A stretch of DNA of 64,000 bases, taken from assembly GCA_011375175.1 (NCBI GenBank), contig DRME01000072.1:1782-65781 (forward strand), in the 5' to 3' direction. The stretch's first letter is position 1; the number at the start of each line of letters is the position of its first letter. Positions 25,323 through 35,939 of the stretch are shown here, piece by piece. This DNA is from Deltaproteobacteria bacterium (lineage in GTDB: Bacteria > Desulfobacterota > GWC2-55-46 > DRME01). Below the pieces are notes generated by a model. It ran no database searches. It was not told the origin of the DNA and saw only the letters and a program-made list of their open reading frames with translations. Made by a program: the position numbers and the translations under genes.

Positions 25323-26363
25323 ATGAAGATAGCCGTTGATGCGATGGGAGGGGACTACGCCCCGGCGGTCGTCGTCGAGGGCAGCGTCCAGGCCGCCGAG
25401 GACCTGGGCATCGCCTCCATCCTCGTGGGAGACCGGGAGAGGATAGAGGCCGAGCTTGCAAGGCTCGGCTCCAAGCACCCCCTCGTCTCGGTGAAGCACG
25501 CCTCCGAGGTGGTGGGCATGGACGAGTCTCCCGTTCTCGCCTTCCGAAAGAAGAAGGACTCGTCCATACGGGTCTGCTTCGACCTGGTGCGCGGCGGCGA
25601 GGCGAGCGCGGTTGTGAGCGCCGGCAACTCGGGCGCCGCCATGGCATCGGGCATCTTCGTGCTCAAAAAGCTCAAGGGCGTGGACCGTCCGGCCATAACG
25701 GTCTGCATGCCCACCCTCGGAGAGCCGGCCGTCATGCTCGACGTGGGCGGCAACGTGGACTGCAAGCCCGTTCACCTCGTGCAGTTCGCCATCATGGGCG
25801 AGGTCTACGCGAGGTACGTGCTCGGAAAGGACCGCCCCCGCATAGGGCTGCTCTCCAACGGCGAGGAGGAGGGCAAGGGCAACGAGCTCACCAGGGCGAC
25901 CCACGCCATCCTCAAGAAGACATCGCTCAACTACATGGGACCCGTCGAAGGGCGCGACATCTTCTACGGCAACGTCGACGTCGTGGTGACCGACGGCTTC
26001 GTAGGCAACGTGGCGCTCAAGATAAGCGAGGGCATCGTCGAGGCCGCGGGCGCCATGCTCAAGGCCGAGATAACAAAGCGTCCGGCCGCGAAGCTCGGCT
26101 ACCTGCTCGGCAGGGGGGCCCTGGCCGGGCTGAGAAAGAAGCTCGACTACTCGGAGTACGGCGGCGCGCCTCTTCTGGGCATAGGAGGGGTCTGCATCAT
26201 AAGCCACGGCGGCTCGTCGGCCAAGGCCATACGCAACGCCATAAGGCTCGCCGCCGAGTACGCGAGGATAAAGGTCAACACCCACCTGCTCGAAGAGCTC
26301 GAGAGGAACAGGGACCTCGACAGGCTGGCCAGGGGGGAGGCCGGCGGGGTCATGAACGCCTGA
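25323..26363 (+). CDS. plsX: Phosphate acyltransferase PlsX
   Basis: [37 protein letters not shown]... full-length PlsX (346 aa) in the conserved position. Confidence 0.9.
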   Translation: MKIAVDAMGGDYAPAVVVEGSVQAAEDLGIASILVGDRERIEAELARLGSKHPLVSVKHASEVVGMDESPVLAFRKKKDSSIRVCFDLVRGGEASAVVSAGNSGAAMASGIFVLKKLKGVDRPAITVCMPTLGEPAVMLDVGGNVDCKPVHLVQFAIMGEVYARYVLGKDRPRIGLLSNGEEEGKGNELTRATHAILKKTSLNYMGPVEGRDIFYGNVDVVVTDGFVGNVALKISEGIVEAAGAMLKAEITKRPAAKLGYLLGRGALAGLRKKLDYSEYGGAPLLGIGGVCIISHGGSSAKAIRNAIRLAAEYARIKVNTHLLEELERNRDLDRLARGEAGGVMNA

Positions 26364-26371
26364 GGCGGGCC

Positions 26372-27352
26372 GTGGTGCGTGCGAGGATAGTCGGCACGGG
26401 CTCCTATGCGCCCGAACGTGTGGTCACCAACCGCGAGATCGAGCTGATGGTGGAGACCACGGACGAGTGGATAAGGACCCGCACGGGCATAAGCGAGCGC
26501 AGGGTCACGACGGGCGAGAACCCCTCGGAGATGGCCGCCAAGGCCGCCAGGGCGGCGCTGCGCAGCGCCGCCCTGGCGCCGCGCGACATAGACCTCGTCG
26601 TCGTCGGCACCGTAACGCCGGAGATGACCTTTCCGTCGACGGCCTGCTTCGTCCAGTCGCAGCTCCACATACGAAGCGGCGTGCCCGTCTTCGACGTCTC
26701 GGCCGCATGTTCGGGCTTCATATACGCCCTCGACGCCGCCGACAAGTACATACGCAGCGGCGCCTGCACAAACGCCCTCGTCATAGGGGTCGACGCCTTC
26801 TCGAGGATAGTGGACTGGAAAGACCGCTCCACCTGCATCCTCTTCGGCGACGGCGCCGGGGCCGTGGCGCTCACGGCCCACAGGGGCAGGCGAGGCATAC
26901 TCTCGTCGCGCATCCATTCCGACGGAAGGCGCTGGGAGATGCTCTACGCCAGGGGACCGGCCGCGGCCAGCCCCTTCGAGAGGGGGGAGAGGGGCCAGGA
27001 CCCGGGGCCGCTGAAGATGCAGGGCAACGAAACCTTCAAGATAGCCATAAAGACGATGAGGGCCGTATGCGGCGAGCTCCTCGAGGAGACGGGCCTTGCG
27101 ATGTCGGACGTCTCGCTCGTCATCCCGCACCAGGCCAACATACGGATCATCAAGGCCCTCAGCGAAAAGCTGCGGCTTGCCGAGGACCGGGTATACTCCA
27201 ACATCGAGCGCTACGGCAACACCTCGGCGGGCTCCATACCGCTCGCCCTCGACGAGGCCGTGCGCGACGGCAGGATAAAGGACGGCGACATCGTGCTCTT
27301 TGTCGCCTTCGGAGGGGGGCTCACCTGGGGCGCCACCGCCGTCAGGTGGTAG
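26372..27352 (+). CDS. fabH: 3-oxoacyl-ACP synthase III (FabH)
   Basis: VRARIVGTGSYAPERVVTNREIELMVETTDEWIRTRTGI... active-site context DVSAACSGFIYAL, ...HQANIRII..., GNTSAGSIPLAL. Confidence 0.9.
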   Translation: MVRARIVGTGSYAPERVVTNREIELMVETTDEWIRTRTGISERRVTTGENPSEMAAKAARAALRSAALAPRDIDLVVVGTVTPEMTFPSTACFVQSQLHIRSGVPVFDVSAACSGFIYALDAADKYIRSGACTNALVIGVDAFSRIVDWKDRSTCILFGDGAGAVALTAHRGRRGILSSRIHSDGRRWEMLYARGPAAASPFERGERGQDPGPLKMQGNETFKIAIKTMRAVCGELLEETGLAMSDVSLVIPHQANIRIIKALSEKLRLAEDRVYSNIERYGNTSAGSIPLALDEAVRDGRIKDGDIVLFVAFGGGLTWGATAVRW

Positions 27353-27419
27353 GGCGCCATCGCCGCGGCCGGTTGCCGGCGCGCGGTCAGCAGGAAAGAC
27401 ACCACGGAGCGGACAAGAC

Positions 27420-28364
27420 GTGAAGAGGACGGCGTTCATATTTCCGGGCCAGGGCTCGCAGTACGTGGGCATGGCCAAGGGATTCTTCGATGACCGCAGG
27501 GACGCGAGGGATGTCTTCGAGAGGGCGAGCGAATGTCTGGGCTACGACATGGCCGCCCTCTGCTTCGAGGGGCCCCGCGACGAGCTCGACAGGACAGAGA
27601 AGACCCAGCCCGCGATCCTCACGGCCAGCGTGGCGGCGCTTACGGCCCTGCGCGGCGCCTGCGACGGCGAGCCCGCCTTCGTGGCGGGCCACAGCCTCGG
27701 CGAGTACACGGCGCTTGTGGCCTCCGGCGCCCTCGACTTCGAGACGGCGCTGCGTCTGGTGAGGCTGCGCGGCAGGTTCATGCAGGAGTGCGTGGCCGAC
27801 GGCGTCGGCAGGATGAGCGCCGTCATAGGGCTCGACGCCGACACGGTCTCGGAGCTGTGCAGGGAGGCCTCCAACGACACGACGCAGGTGGTTGCGGCCA
27901 ACCTCAACAGCCCGGAGCAGGTGGTCGTCTCGGGCCACGCCGAGGCCGTCGAGAGGTTCGCGGCCCTTGCCTCGGAGCGCGGCGCGCGAAGGGTCATACC
28001 CCTGCCGGTGAGCGTGCCGTCCCACTCCCATCTCATGAGCAGGGCCGTGGAAAGACTCACGGCCGAGCTCGAGGGCGTGGAATTCAGGAAGCCGAGGGTG
28101 CCGGTCGTCTCAAACGTCGAGGCCGCTGCGGTGAGCGACGAGGGGCCGATACTGGAGCTGCTTGCGCGCCAGCTCATCTGTCCGGTGCGCTGGGTCGAGT
28201 CGGTGAGGTTCATGGCCCGGGCCGGCGTGACCACGACCGTCGAGATCGGGCCCGGCAAGGTCCTGAGCGGCCTCGTGCGCCGCATCGACAGGTCCCTGCG
28301 AACGCTCAACATAGACTCCCCCGCCGACCTCGAAGGGGTGGTCGCGGCGTTGCGGGAGGCGTAG
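27420..28364 (+). CDS. fabD: Malonyl CoA-ACP transacylase (FabD)
   Basis: GTG start. FIFPGQGSQYVGM..., GHSLGEYTALVASG active-site motif. Confidence 0.9.
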   Translation: MKRTAFIFPGQGSQYVGMAKGFFDDRRDARDVFERASECLGYDMAALCFEGPRDELDRTEKTQPAILTASVAALTALRGACDGEPAFVAGHSLGEYTALVASGALDFETALRLVRLRGRFMQECVADGVGRMSAVIGLDADTVSELCREASNDTTQVVAANLNSPEQVVVSGHAEAVERFAALASERGARRVIPLPVSVPSHSHLMSRAVERLTAELEGVEFRKPRVPVVSNVEAAAVSDEGPILELLARQLICPVRWVESVRFMARAGVTTTVEIGPGKVLSGLVRRIDRSLRTLNIDSPADLEGVVAALREA

Positions 28365-28450
28365 GCCGTCGAGACCGGGGGGCGCGGACCGGGGGCGCGA
28401 AAGGGCGGCGGGGAGAACGCTTCGCTGCGGCACTGTGGGGAGGTGAGGAA

Positions 28451-29185
28451 ATGGATGGCAGGTGTGCGCTCGTCACGGGCGCAGGTCAGGGCATAGGAAA
28501 GACTGTGGCGCTGAGGCTCGCCTCGGCGGGGGCCCACGTGGCCGTCGCCGACGTGAACGCCGACAAGGCCGCCGAGACGGCGGCGGCGGTCGAGGCCATG
28601 GGGAGGAAGTCGGCGGCCCTCAAGGCCGACGTCTCCATGGCTCAGGAGGCGGAGGCGATGGTCGACGCCGCGGCCGGCGCCCTCGGGTCCATCGACATAC
28701 TGGTGAACAACGCCGGCATAACCCGCGACGGCCTCCTCCTGCGGATGAAGGAAGAGGACTGGGACCTCGTCATGGCGGTGAACCTCAAGGGCGCCTTCAA
28801 CTGCACCAAGGCGGCCGTGAGACACATGAGCAGGAAGCGCTACGGCCGCATAGTGAACATAGCCTCCATAGTGGGGCTCATGGGCAACGTCGGGCAGGCC
28901 AACTACTCGGCCAGCAAGGCCGGGCTCATCGGCCTCACCAAGACGGTGGCCCGCGAGTTCGCCCGCCGGGGCATCACCTGCAACGCCGTGGCCCCGGGCT
29001 TCATAGAGACGGCCATGACCGACAAACTCCCGGAGAATGTGAGGGACGAGCTCTCCGCCCGGATACCGATGGGACGGCTGGGCTCGCCGGAAGACGTGGC
29101 CGACGGCGTGCTCTTTCTCGCCTCCGACGCCTCGTCCTACATAACGGGACACGTGCTGAGCATAAACGGCGGCATGTACATGTGA
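28451..29185 (+). CDS. fabG: 3-oxoacyl-ACP reductase (FabG)
   Basis: MDGRCALVTGAGQGIGKTVAL (Rossmann motif TGxxxGIG), NNAGI, catalytic YSASKAG. This frame is part of track ORF 27533..29185; the ORF 28462..29340 is out of frame and rejected. Confidence 0.9.
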   Translation: MDGRCALVTGAGQGIGKTVALRLASAGAHVAVADVNADKAAETAAAVEAMGRKSAALKADVSMAQEAEAMVDAAAGALGSIDILVNNAGITRDGLLLRMKEEDWDLVMAVNLKGAFNCTKAAVRHMSRKRYGRIVNIASIVGLMGNVGQANYSASKAGLIGLTKTVAREFARRGITCNAVAPGFIETAMTDKLPENVRDELSARIPMGRLGSPEDVADGVLFLASDASSYITGHVLSINGGMYM

Positions 29186-29327
29186 GACCCCTCGTAGGCC
29201 CCCCTCGCAGGGGCCTGGAAGGGGGGAGCGCCGCGGGGGCTGCGCGGGAAGTTTCCCCGGGGAAATTGACAATCGTCGTCAAAGGATGGTATACACAGTG
29301 TGCCGTCCTTTCGAACGACCGTCAGGG

Positions 29328-29640
29328 AAGCTCTGATTAAGGAAACTCCGATTTATTTCGCTCTTCGAGCCGCGTCGCCTCTTGCGACGGCCGGAGGATA
29401 TGAGATTCCTTTGGCCCCAATAGAAAGTCTTTGAAGGGGCGTCCTCCCCGCGCCGGCCGCCTCGGGGGGCGGCGCCGGGGGTGTCCGGGCCGCAAGGGCG
29501 TAAAACCCCGCCCGGCGCGGGCCGGACACCCCCGGCGCCGCCGGAGATCACAATAACATGCGAGGGGCGCGGGGGGAGGGGCGGACCTATGGCCCTTCTT
29601 CGGAAAGTTTCCCCCGGAGTGCTTAATCGGAGCTTGCTTG
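29328..29640. repeat. MITE-like modular hairpin repeat element copy inserted between fabG and acpP
   Basis: Left end ggaagctctgattaagg. Modules aaagtctttgaagggg, gtccgggccgcaagggcgtaaaaccccgcccggcgcgggccggac, cccttcttcggaaagtttccccc. Right end gcttaatcggagcttgc. Confidence 0.8.
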
Positions 29641-29797
29641 GGAGTAAAGGGGGGCGCTGTCCGCGGCCTCTGGTCTTCGGGCGGCCCCGGCCCGGTCTGT
29701 TCTCATTATCCAAAGGCTTCCGCTTCAATCGACGCTATCGGTTTGAGGGGGACGAGGCCCGCTCAGGCGGGGTCAACCACTTCAGGAGGTGCAGGAA

Positions 29798-30031
29798 ATG
29801 TCGACCGCAAACAAGGTTAAGAAGATCATCGTAGACCAGCTCGGCGTCTCGGAGGACGAGGTGACGCCCCAGGCGTCCTTCGTCGACGACCTCGGCGCCG
29901 ATTCGCTCGACAGGGTCGAGATGGTCATGGCCTTCGAGGAGGAGTTCTCCATAGACATACCGGACGAGGACGCCGAAAAGATACTGACCGTCCAGGACGC
30001 CATCGACTACATCGACAAGAAGGCCAAGTAG
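29798..30031 (+). CDS. acpP: Acyl carrier protein
   Basis: SD aggagg. [50 protein letters not shown] (DSLD phosphopantetheine site). Confidence 0.95.
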   Translation: MSTANKVKKIIVDQLGVSEDEVTPQASFVDDLGADSLDRVEMVMAFEEEFSIDIPDEDAEKILTVQDAIDYIDKKAK

Positions 30032-30167
30032 GGCATCGAAGACCCGCCGGGAACAGGATGTAGGCCGAGGGCCTTGCGTCCTGTTTTCTTTTTGACCGCC
30101 GGAGAAGACGCCGCCGGGCGGCCGCCGTGTACGCCCGCGACCCCGGAGAACGGAGAGATACGGCCAG

Positions 30168-31406
30168 ATGAGAAGGGTAGTTGTCACAGGCTTGGGAATC
30201 ATTTGCCCGCTGGGGACGGGCACCGACGCCGTATGGGAGGCCGCGAGGGAGGGCCGCAGCGGCATCGGACCCATAACGAGGTTCGACGCCTCCGGCTTCC
30301 CGGTGCGCATAGCCGGAGAGGTGCCCCGTTTCGATCCCTCGCCCTTCATCCCCCGCAAGGACCTCAAGAAGATGGACCTCTTCATCCAGTACGCCATGGC
30401 GGCGAGTCTCATGGCCTTCGAGGACTCGGGGCTGGTCATAGACGAGGACAACGCCGAGCGGGTGGGCGTGTACATCGGCGCCGGCATGGGGGGGCTTCCC
30501 GCCATCGAGCACTGGCACAACGTTATGCTCGAAAAGGGGCCGGAGCGGCTGACCCCCTTCTTCATCCCCATGGTCATAATAAACCTCGCCTCCGGCCAGG
30601 TCTCCATAAGGCTCGGCGCCAAGGGGCCCAACAGCTGCGCCGTCACGGCCTGCGCCACCGGCACCCACTCCATCGGCGACGCCGCCAAGCTCATAGAGCG
30701 CGGCGCCGCCGACGTGATGATAGCCGGAGGCGCCGAGTCGACCATAACGCCCCTTTGCATCGCCGGGTTCAACGCCATGAAGGCCCTGTCGCGCCGCAAC
30801 GACGAGCCCCGTCGGGCAAGCCGCCCCTTCGACGCCGAGCGCGACGGCTTCGTCGTCGGCGAGGGCGCGGGCGTAATGGTGCTCGAGGAGTACGGGCACG
30901 CCAGAAAGCGGGGCGCCCGCATATACGCCGAGCTCGTCGGCTACGGCCTCAACTCCGACGCCTTCCACATGACCACCCCCTCCGAGGGCGGCGAGGGAGC
31001 GGCCCGCTGCATGGAGATGGCCCTCGAGGACGGGCGGCTCAACCCCGAGGATATCGACTACATCAACGCCCACGGCACGTCTACCTACTATAACGACATG
31101 TACGAGACCATGGCGGTCAAGAGGGTCTTCGGCGACCACGCCCGCCGCCTCATGATGAGTTCCACCAAGTCCATGACCGGCCATCTCCTCGGCGCGGCCG
31201 GCGGCATAGAAGCGGTCTTCACCGTAAAGGCGCTACACGACGGCGTCGTGCCTCCGACCGTGAACTACGAGAACCCGGACCCGGACTGCGACCTCGACTA
31301 CGTGCCCAACAGCGCGCGCGGCGCGCGGCTCCGGGCGGCCATAAGCAATTCCTTCGGCTTCGGAGGCACCAACGCCGTGCTCGCCTTCCGGGCCTTCCGG
31401 GGGTAG
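30168..31406 (+). CDS. fabF: 3-oxoacyl-ACP synthase II (FabF)
   Basis: [18 protein letters not shown]... active-site motifs [18 protein letters not shown], and a GHLLGAAG C-terminus. Confidence 0.9.
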   Translation: MRRVVVTGLGIICPLGTGTDAVWEAAREGRSGIGPITRFDASGFPVRIAGEVPRFDPSPFIPRKDLKKMDLFIQYAMAASLMAFEDSGLVIDEDNAERVGVYIGAGMGGLPAIEHWHNVMLEKGPERLTPFFIPMVIINLASGQVSIRLGAKGPNSCAVTACATGTHSIGDAAKLIERGAADVMIAGGAESTITPLCIAGFNAMKALSRRNDEPRRASRPFDAERDGFVVGEGAGVMVLEEYGHARKRGARIYAELVGYGLNSDAFHMTTPSEGGEGAARCMEMALEDGRLNPEDIDYINAHGTSTYYNDMYETMAVKRVFGDHARRLMMSSTKSMTGHLLGAAGGIEAVFTVKALHDGVVPPTVNYENPDPDCDLDYVPNSARGARLRAAISNSFGFGGTNAVLAFRAFRG

Positions 31407-31414
31407 CGCAGGCC

Positions 31415-31885
31415 ATGGGCGCGCGGGAGAGCAGGGTCGTGGCCATAGCGAGCGACCACGCCGGCAGGGAGCTCAAGGAGGACATAAAGGAGTTCCTCAA
31501 AGAGTCCGGCTACGAGGTGCTCGACATGGGCGTCAACAGCGACGCCTCCGTCGACTACCCCGACTACGGCATCCCCGTGGCCGAGAAGGTCTCGAGCGGC
31601 GAGATCGAGCGGGCCATACTCCTGTGCGGCACGGGCGTGGGCATGAGCATCGTGGCCAACAAGTTCAAGGGTGTGCGCGCCGCCCTGGTGGGCGACATAT
31701 ACGCCGCCAGGATGGCGAGGGAACACAACGACGCCAACGTGCTCGTCATCGGCGGCCGCCTCGTGGGCAAGGGGCTCGCCCGCGAGATGGTCAGGGCCTG
31801 GCTCGAGGCGCGTTTCGAAGGCGGACGCCACCAGCGCCGCCTCGACAAGATAAGAGAGATAGAGGCCAGGATGGTCAAACCTTGA
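31415..31885 (+). CDS. rpiB: Ribose 5-phosphate isomerase B
   Basis: RVVAIASDHAGRELKEDIKEFLKESGYEVLDMG...ILLCGTGVGMSIVANKFKGVRAAL... Confidence 0.85.
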   Translation: MGARESRVVAIASDHAGRELKEDIKEFLKESGYEVLDMGVNSDASVDYPDYGIPVAEKVSSGEIERAILLCGTGVGMSIVANKFKGVRAALVGDIYAARMAREHNDANVLVIGGRLVGKGLAREMVRAWLEARFEGGRHQRRLDKIREIEARMVKP

Positions 31886-31889
31886 GTCC

Positions 31890-32100
31890 TCCCAGGCGGA
31901 GCCTCTTCGTGAAGGGGCTTGAGGGCCGAGGTTCGTTCGAGTCGCCTTGTGTGTCGTTATGTTTCCCCCCGCCCCCGCGAGGGGTCGGGCCGCAAAGGCG
32001 TACCCCCCCCGCCTGGCGCGGGCCGACCCCTCGCGGGGGCGGGGGAAGTGGATCTGAAGAAGGGGGGGCGGTTCCCCCGGCGTAAATCGATCAGGGCTTC
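31890..32100. repeat. Partial copy of the repeat family (cgggccgcaaaggcgtacccccccgcctggcgcgggccga core) between rpiB and glyA
   Basis: Hairpin gccccccgcgaggggtcgggccgcaaaggcgtacccccccgcctggcgcgggccgacccctcgcgggggc; ends aatcgatcagggcttccc. Confidence 0.7.
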
Positions 32101-32123
32101 CCTGAGATGGTAGGAGACGTGAG

Positions 32124-33374
32124 ATGTCGGTGCTTAAGGAATTCGACCCGGAGATATACGAGGCCATAAGGCTCGAGACGGAGCGCCAGGAGTACAAGCT
32201 CGAGCTCATAGCCTCGGAGAACATCGTGAGCGAGGCCGTGCTCGAGGCCCAGGGGAGCGTCATGACCAACAAGTACGCCGAGGGCTATCCGGGCAGGCGC
32301 TACTACGGCGGGTGCGAGTACGTGGACATGGCCGAGGAGCTTGCGAGAAGCAGGGCCAGGAGGCTCTTCGGCTGCGAGCACGTCAACGTGCAGGCCCACT
32401 CGGGCACGCAGGCCAACATGGCCGTCTACATGACGGTGCTCAAGCCGGGCGATACGATTCTCGGCATGAACCTGAGCCACGGCGGCCACCTGAGCCACGG
32501 AAGCCCCGTCAACTTCTCCGGCCAGGTCTACCGCTCGGTCTTCTACGGCGTGGACAGGGAGACCCACCGCATAGACATGGACGAGGTGAGGCGCCTTGCA
32601 CTGGAGCACAGGCCCAGGCTCATCGTCGTGGGAGCGAGCGCCTATCCGAGGACCATAGACTTCGAGGCCTTCCGCGCCGTGGCCGACGAGACGGGGGCCA
32701 TGCTCATGGCCGACATCGCCCACATAGCGGGACTCGTGGCCGCCGGCATCCACCCCTCGCCCGTGCCCCACGCCGAGTTCGTGACGACCACCAACCACAA
32801 GACTCTCCGCGGCCCGCGAGGCGGCATGGTCATGTGCCGCCGGGAGTTCGCAAAGACGCTCGACAAGCACGTCTTCCCGGGAATGCAGGGCGGCCCGCTC
32901 ATGCACGTAATCGCCGCCAAGGCCGTGGCCCTCAAGGAGGCCCTGGAGCCGTCCTTCAGGGACTACCAGCGCCAGATAGTGCGCAACGCGGCGGCGCTCG
33001 CCGAAAGGCTCATGGAGCTCGGCTACGACCTCGTCTCCGGCGGGACGGACAACCACCTCATGCTCGTGGACCTCACGGCGCTCGACATAACGGGCAAGGA
33101 GGCCGAGGAGGCCCTCCAGAGGGCGGGCATAACGGTCAACAAGAACACCATACCCTTCGAGACGCGAAGCCCCTTCGTGACGAGCGGCATAAGGATCGGC
33201 GTGCCGGCCGCGACCACCAGGGGCATGAAGGAGGACGAGATGCGGCTCATAGGGGACCTCATAGACCGGGCCGTCAAGGGCCGCGCCGACGAGGCCGGGC
33301 TCGACAGGATAAAGGCCGAGGTCAGGGACCTCTGCAAGCGCTTTCCCTTCTACGCCCACAGGCTCGAGGACTGA
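32124..33374 (+). CDS. glyA: Serine hydroxymethyltransferase
   Basis: [63 protein letters not shown]...[14 protein letters not shown] (PLP lysine motif). Confidence 0.95.
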   Translation: MSVLKEFDPEIYEAIRLETERQEYKLELIASENIVSEAVLEAQGSVMTNKYAEGYPGRRYYGGCEYVDMAEELARSRARRLFGCEHVNVQAHSGTQANMAVYMTVLKPGDTILGMNLSHGGHLSHGSPVNFSGQVYRSVFYGVDRETHRIDMDEVRRLALEHRPRLIVVGASAYPRTIDFEAFRAVADETGAMLMADIAHIAGLVAAGIHPSPVPHAEFVTTTNHKTLRGPRGGMVMCRREFAKTLDKHVFPGMQGGPLMHVIAAKAVALKEALEPSFRDYQRQIVRNAAALAERLMELGYDLVSGGTDNHLMLVDLTALDITGKEAEEALQRAGITVNKNTIPFETRSPFVTSGIRIGVPAATTRGMKEDEMRLIGDLIDRAVKGRADEAGLDRIKAEVRDLCKRFPFYAHRLED

Positions 33375-33399
33375 TCGGCGCCGGGCCCCGGCGGCCGCC

Positions 33400-33600
33400 G
33401 TTTGAACGGCGGGGGAACCTTTGAAAAAGGGGCCGCGGAGCCGCAGCCGGCCTCCGACCCCTGTCCCCGGTGGTTCCCAGCGGCGTCCTCCGGGAGGTCG
33501 GGGCGCAAGGGCGTATAATCCCGTCCCGGCGCGCCCCGACCTCCCGGAGGACGCCGTGAAGGCGCGGTCAAAGGGAGATCTCCCCCGGTGACGCCCTGTC
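33400..33600. repeat. Degenerate copy of the repeat family after glyA
   Basis: gggaacctttgaaaaagggg, and ccgggaggtcggggcgcaagggcgtataatcccgtcccggcgcgccccgacctcccgg (same architecture as the cgggccgcaaaggcgtaaaaatcccgcc core). Confidence 0.6.
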
Positions 33601-33763
33601 ACGATTACAGGTTGATTTTTTTTGTTCCCTGAGTTATAATAGTAATGTTTCCTTGGGATGTTTCCGGTCTGGATTGATGAATCATGGGGGGGCGGGCCTC
33701 TTCGTTCGAGGGTGAGGCCGCTCCGAGGGTTGGTGCGCGCCTCCGGCGGGCCGGGCCCGAAAC

Positions 33764-34831
33764 ATGGTGAAAGGCGAGCTCATGGATACCATGGGGTACA
33801 AGACTGAAGAGGCGCGCCACACCGGCAGCGGCGGCTCCATAGCCAGGCCTCACAGGGTGCTCATCGTCGACGACAATGCCCAGAACCTGGAGCTTCTCGA
33901 CGCCCTGCTGACCACGAGCGGCTACGAGGTCGTAAGGGCCTCGAACGGCAGGGAGGCGCTGGAGCGCGTGGAAGAGGACCCGCCCCACATCATCCTCCTC
34001 GACGTGCTCATGCCCGTGATGGACGGCTACGAGACGTGCCGCAGGCTCAAGGAGAGCGAGAAGACGCGTTTTATCCCCGTTGTCATGGTGACGGCCCTCA
34101 ACAGCCTCGAGGACCGGGTGCGCGGCATCGAGGCCGGCGCCGACGACTTCATATCCAAGCCCTTCCAGCGCCCGGAGCTGCTGGCCAGGGTCAAGTCGCT
34201 GGTGCGGGTCAAGGGTCTGCTCGACGAGCTCGAGAACGCCCACAACGTCCTCATAAGCCTCGCCGTGGCCCTCGACTTCAACGACCCCTACACCCACGGC
34301 CACTCCCAGCGGGTGGCCGAGTACGCCGCAAGGCTCGCGGCCTTCATCGGCCTCTCCGAGGAGGAGCAGGGCAACATACGCAACGCCGGCATCCTCCACG
34401 ACATAGGCAAGATAGCGACCGACAAGGGCGTGCTCCACAAGCCCGGCGCCCTCAACGACACGGAGTACGACCACGTGAAGCAGCACCCCGTGGTGGGCGA
34501 GAAGATATGCAGGCCGCTTAAGTTCGCGCAGCCCTTCCTCCCGGCCATCAGACACCACCATGAAAAGCACAACGGCACGGGCTACCCCGACGGCCTCGCG
34601 GGCGAAGAGATCCCCCTGGGCGGCAGGATAATCGCCATCGTCGACGTCTACGACGCCCTCACCACGGTGCGGCCCTACAGGCGCGGCATGCCGCCCAACG
34701 TGGCCGTCGAGGTGATGAAGGCCGAGGCGATCAAGGGCTTCTGGGACAGAAGGCTCGTCGACGCCTTCGCCGGCCTGCTCCGCGAGGAAGGCACCGCCGG
34801 GCGCACCCCCGCCCGGGCCATCGGCGTCTGA
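33764..34831 (+). CDS. Response regulator (receiver domain) fused to HD-GYP c-di-GMP phosphodiesterase domain
   Basis: Receiver RVLIVDDNAQNLELLDALLTTSGYEVVRASNGREALE...IILLDVLMPVMDGYE...IPVVMVTAL. HD-GYP: HGHSQRVAEYAARLAAF...ILHDIGKI...HHHEKHNGTGYPDGL. The start is uncertain (33764 or the ATG near 33782/33794). Confidence 0.8.
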   Translation: MVKGELMDTMGYKTEEARHTGSGGSIARPHRVLIVDDNAQNLELLDALLTTSGYEVVRASNGREALERVEEDPPHIILLDVLMPVMDGYETCRRLKESEKTRFIPVVMVTALNSLEDRVRGIEAGADDFISKPFQRPELLARVKSLVRVKGLLDELENAHNVLISLAVALDFNDPYTHGHSQRVAEYAARLAAFIGLSEEEQGNIRNAGILHDIGKIATDKGVLHKPGALNDTEYDHVKQHPVVGEKICRPLKFAQPFLPAIRHHHEKHNGTGYPDGLAGEEIPLGGRIIAIVDVYDALTTVRPYRRGMPPNVAVEVMKAEAIKGFWDRRLVDAFAGLLREEGTAGRTPARAIGV

Positions 34832-34889
34832 CCCGTTTTTCTCCCCCTCCGGCACGTTTGTGCTTGTCTTCCGCCTCCCGCAATGTTAT

Positions 34890-34980
34890 CCTTTCATTAC
34901 CCTGGGGGAGACGTGGGCCTATGGCCCTTCTACAGAAAGTTTCCCCCAGGGCAATTAATCAGGGTTTCCATCTTTCCACC
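34890..34980. repeat. Short copy (right-hand modules only) of the repeat family immediately upstream of the ANTAR regulator
   Basis: gggggagacgtgggcctatggcccttctacagaaagtttcccccagggcaattaatcagggtttcc. Confidence 0.75.
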
Positions 34981-34981
34981 G

Positions 34982-35596
34982 ATGACCAGGACCGAGCAGA
35001 TGAGACCAGGGTCTGAGAGCCGCCCGGCCGGTGTCCTCGTCGTCGAGGATGACGAGGCGACGAGGCGGTGTCTCTGCGACCAGCTCACAACGCTGGGCTT
35101 CAAGGTGGCCGGCGCGCTCACTTCCGGCGAGGAGGCCGTCGAGCAGGTGGAGCGGATAAGGCCTTCGCTCGTGATAATGGACATCAAGATGCCGGGCATG
35201 GACGGCATCGAGGCGGCGAGGCTCGTGAGCCAGAGACACCCCTGCCCCGTCATCATCGTGACCGGCCACTCGCAGGAGGAGCTCATGGACGACGCCGCCG
35301 GGGCCGGCGTCTTCGCCTACCTCACGAAACCGGTCACCCGCGCCGCGCTCCAGCCGGCCATCAAGCTGGCGCTCGCCCGCTACGGCGAGTTCAGGGCGCT
35401 GAGCGAGGGCATAGACAACCTCAAGGAGGCCCTCGAAACGCGCAAATTGGTGGAGCGGGCCAAGGGCATTCTCATGAAGAGATGTAATGTAGGCGAGGAC
35501 GAGGCCTTCAGGATGCTCCAGGCCCACTCGCAGAGGGAGAACAGGAAACTCAAGGATATCGCGGAGATGGTCATCTCGGCGAGCAAACTCATGTAG
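34982..35596 (+). CDS. Response regulator with ANTAR RNA-binding antitermination output domain (AmiR/NasT-type)
   Basis: Receiver VLVVEDDEATRRCLCDQLTTLGFKVAGALTSGEEAVEQV...LVIMDIKMPGMDGIEAARLV...VIIVTGH. ANTAR: LETRKLVERAKGILMKRCNVGEDEAFRMLQAHSQRENRKLKDIAEMVI. Confidence 0.8.
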   Translation: MTRTEQMRPGSESRPAGVLVVEDDEATRRCLCDQLTTLGFKVAGALTSGEEAVEQVERIRPSLVIMDIKMPGMDGIEAARLVSQRHPCPVIIVTGHSQEELMDDAAGAGVFAYLTKPVTRAALQPAIKLALARYGEFRALSEGIDNLKEALETRKLVERAKGILMKRCNVGEDEAFRMLQAHSQRENRKLKDIAEMVISASKLM

Positions 35597-35662
35597 CCCC
35601 GGCAAAGCGGCTGGCCGGTTGTTCCAGAATTAATCGTGTATTAAAAGTTTGTAATTTTAAGC

Positions 35663-35691
35663 TTGACACCCGCACCGTTGTCTGATAACAT
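35663..35691 (+). promoter_or_regulatory. Sigma70-like promoter (TTGACA - 17 nt - TAACAT) preceding an approximately 250-nt structured leader of the OmcS-like gene
   Basis: TTGACA 35663-35668, spacer 35669-35685, TAACAT 35686-35691, in an AT-rich block (ttaatcgtgtattaaaagtttgtaattttaagcttgacac). The SD aggagg lies at about 35925 before ATG 35940. Confidence 0.45.
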
Positions 35692-35939
35692 GAGGGTAAA
35701 GGCGGAGTTGAAGGGGACGGATCATGACAGGGGCGTCCCTGCGGAGCGACGGTTGCTCGAGTATCCGCCTTGCGCGGCCTCAGAGGTTACGGCAGCCTCA
35801 CACGGTTACTGCAGGTGACGGTCTCCACTATACTTTTGAGGCTTTTTCTGTGTCTCGAAAGGGCGGCGTCAGGGTTCAGCAAAGGGTTTCAGGCTCATAA
35901 TCGTTTTTTAACCGTACCATCAGGAAAGGAGGATAGGGT

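Noticed and set aside
28462-29340. 292-aa ORF in the fabG region
   Set aside because: It is out of frame relative to the FabG reading frame, which shows TGxxxGIG and YxxxK motifs in the frame 28451-29185.
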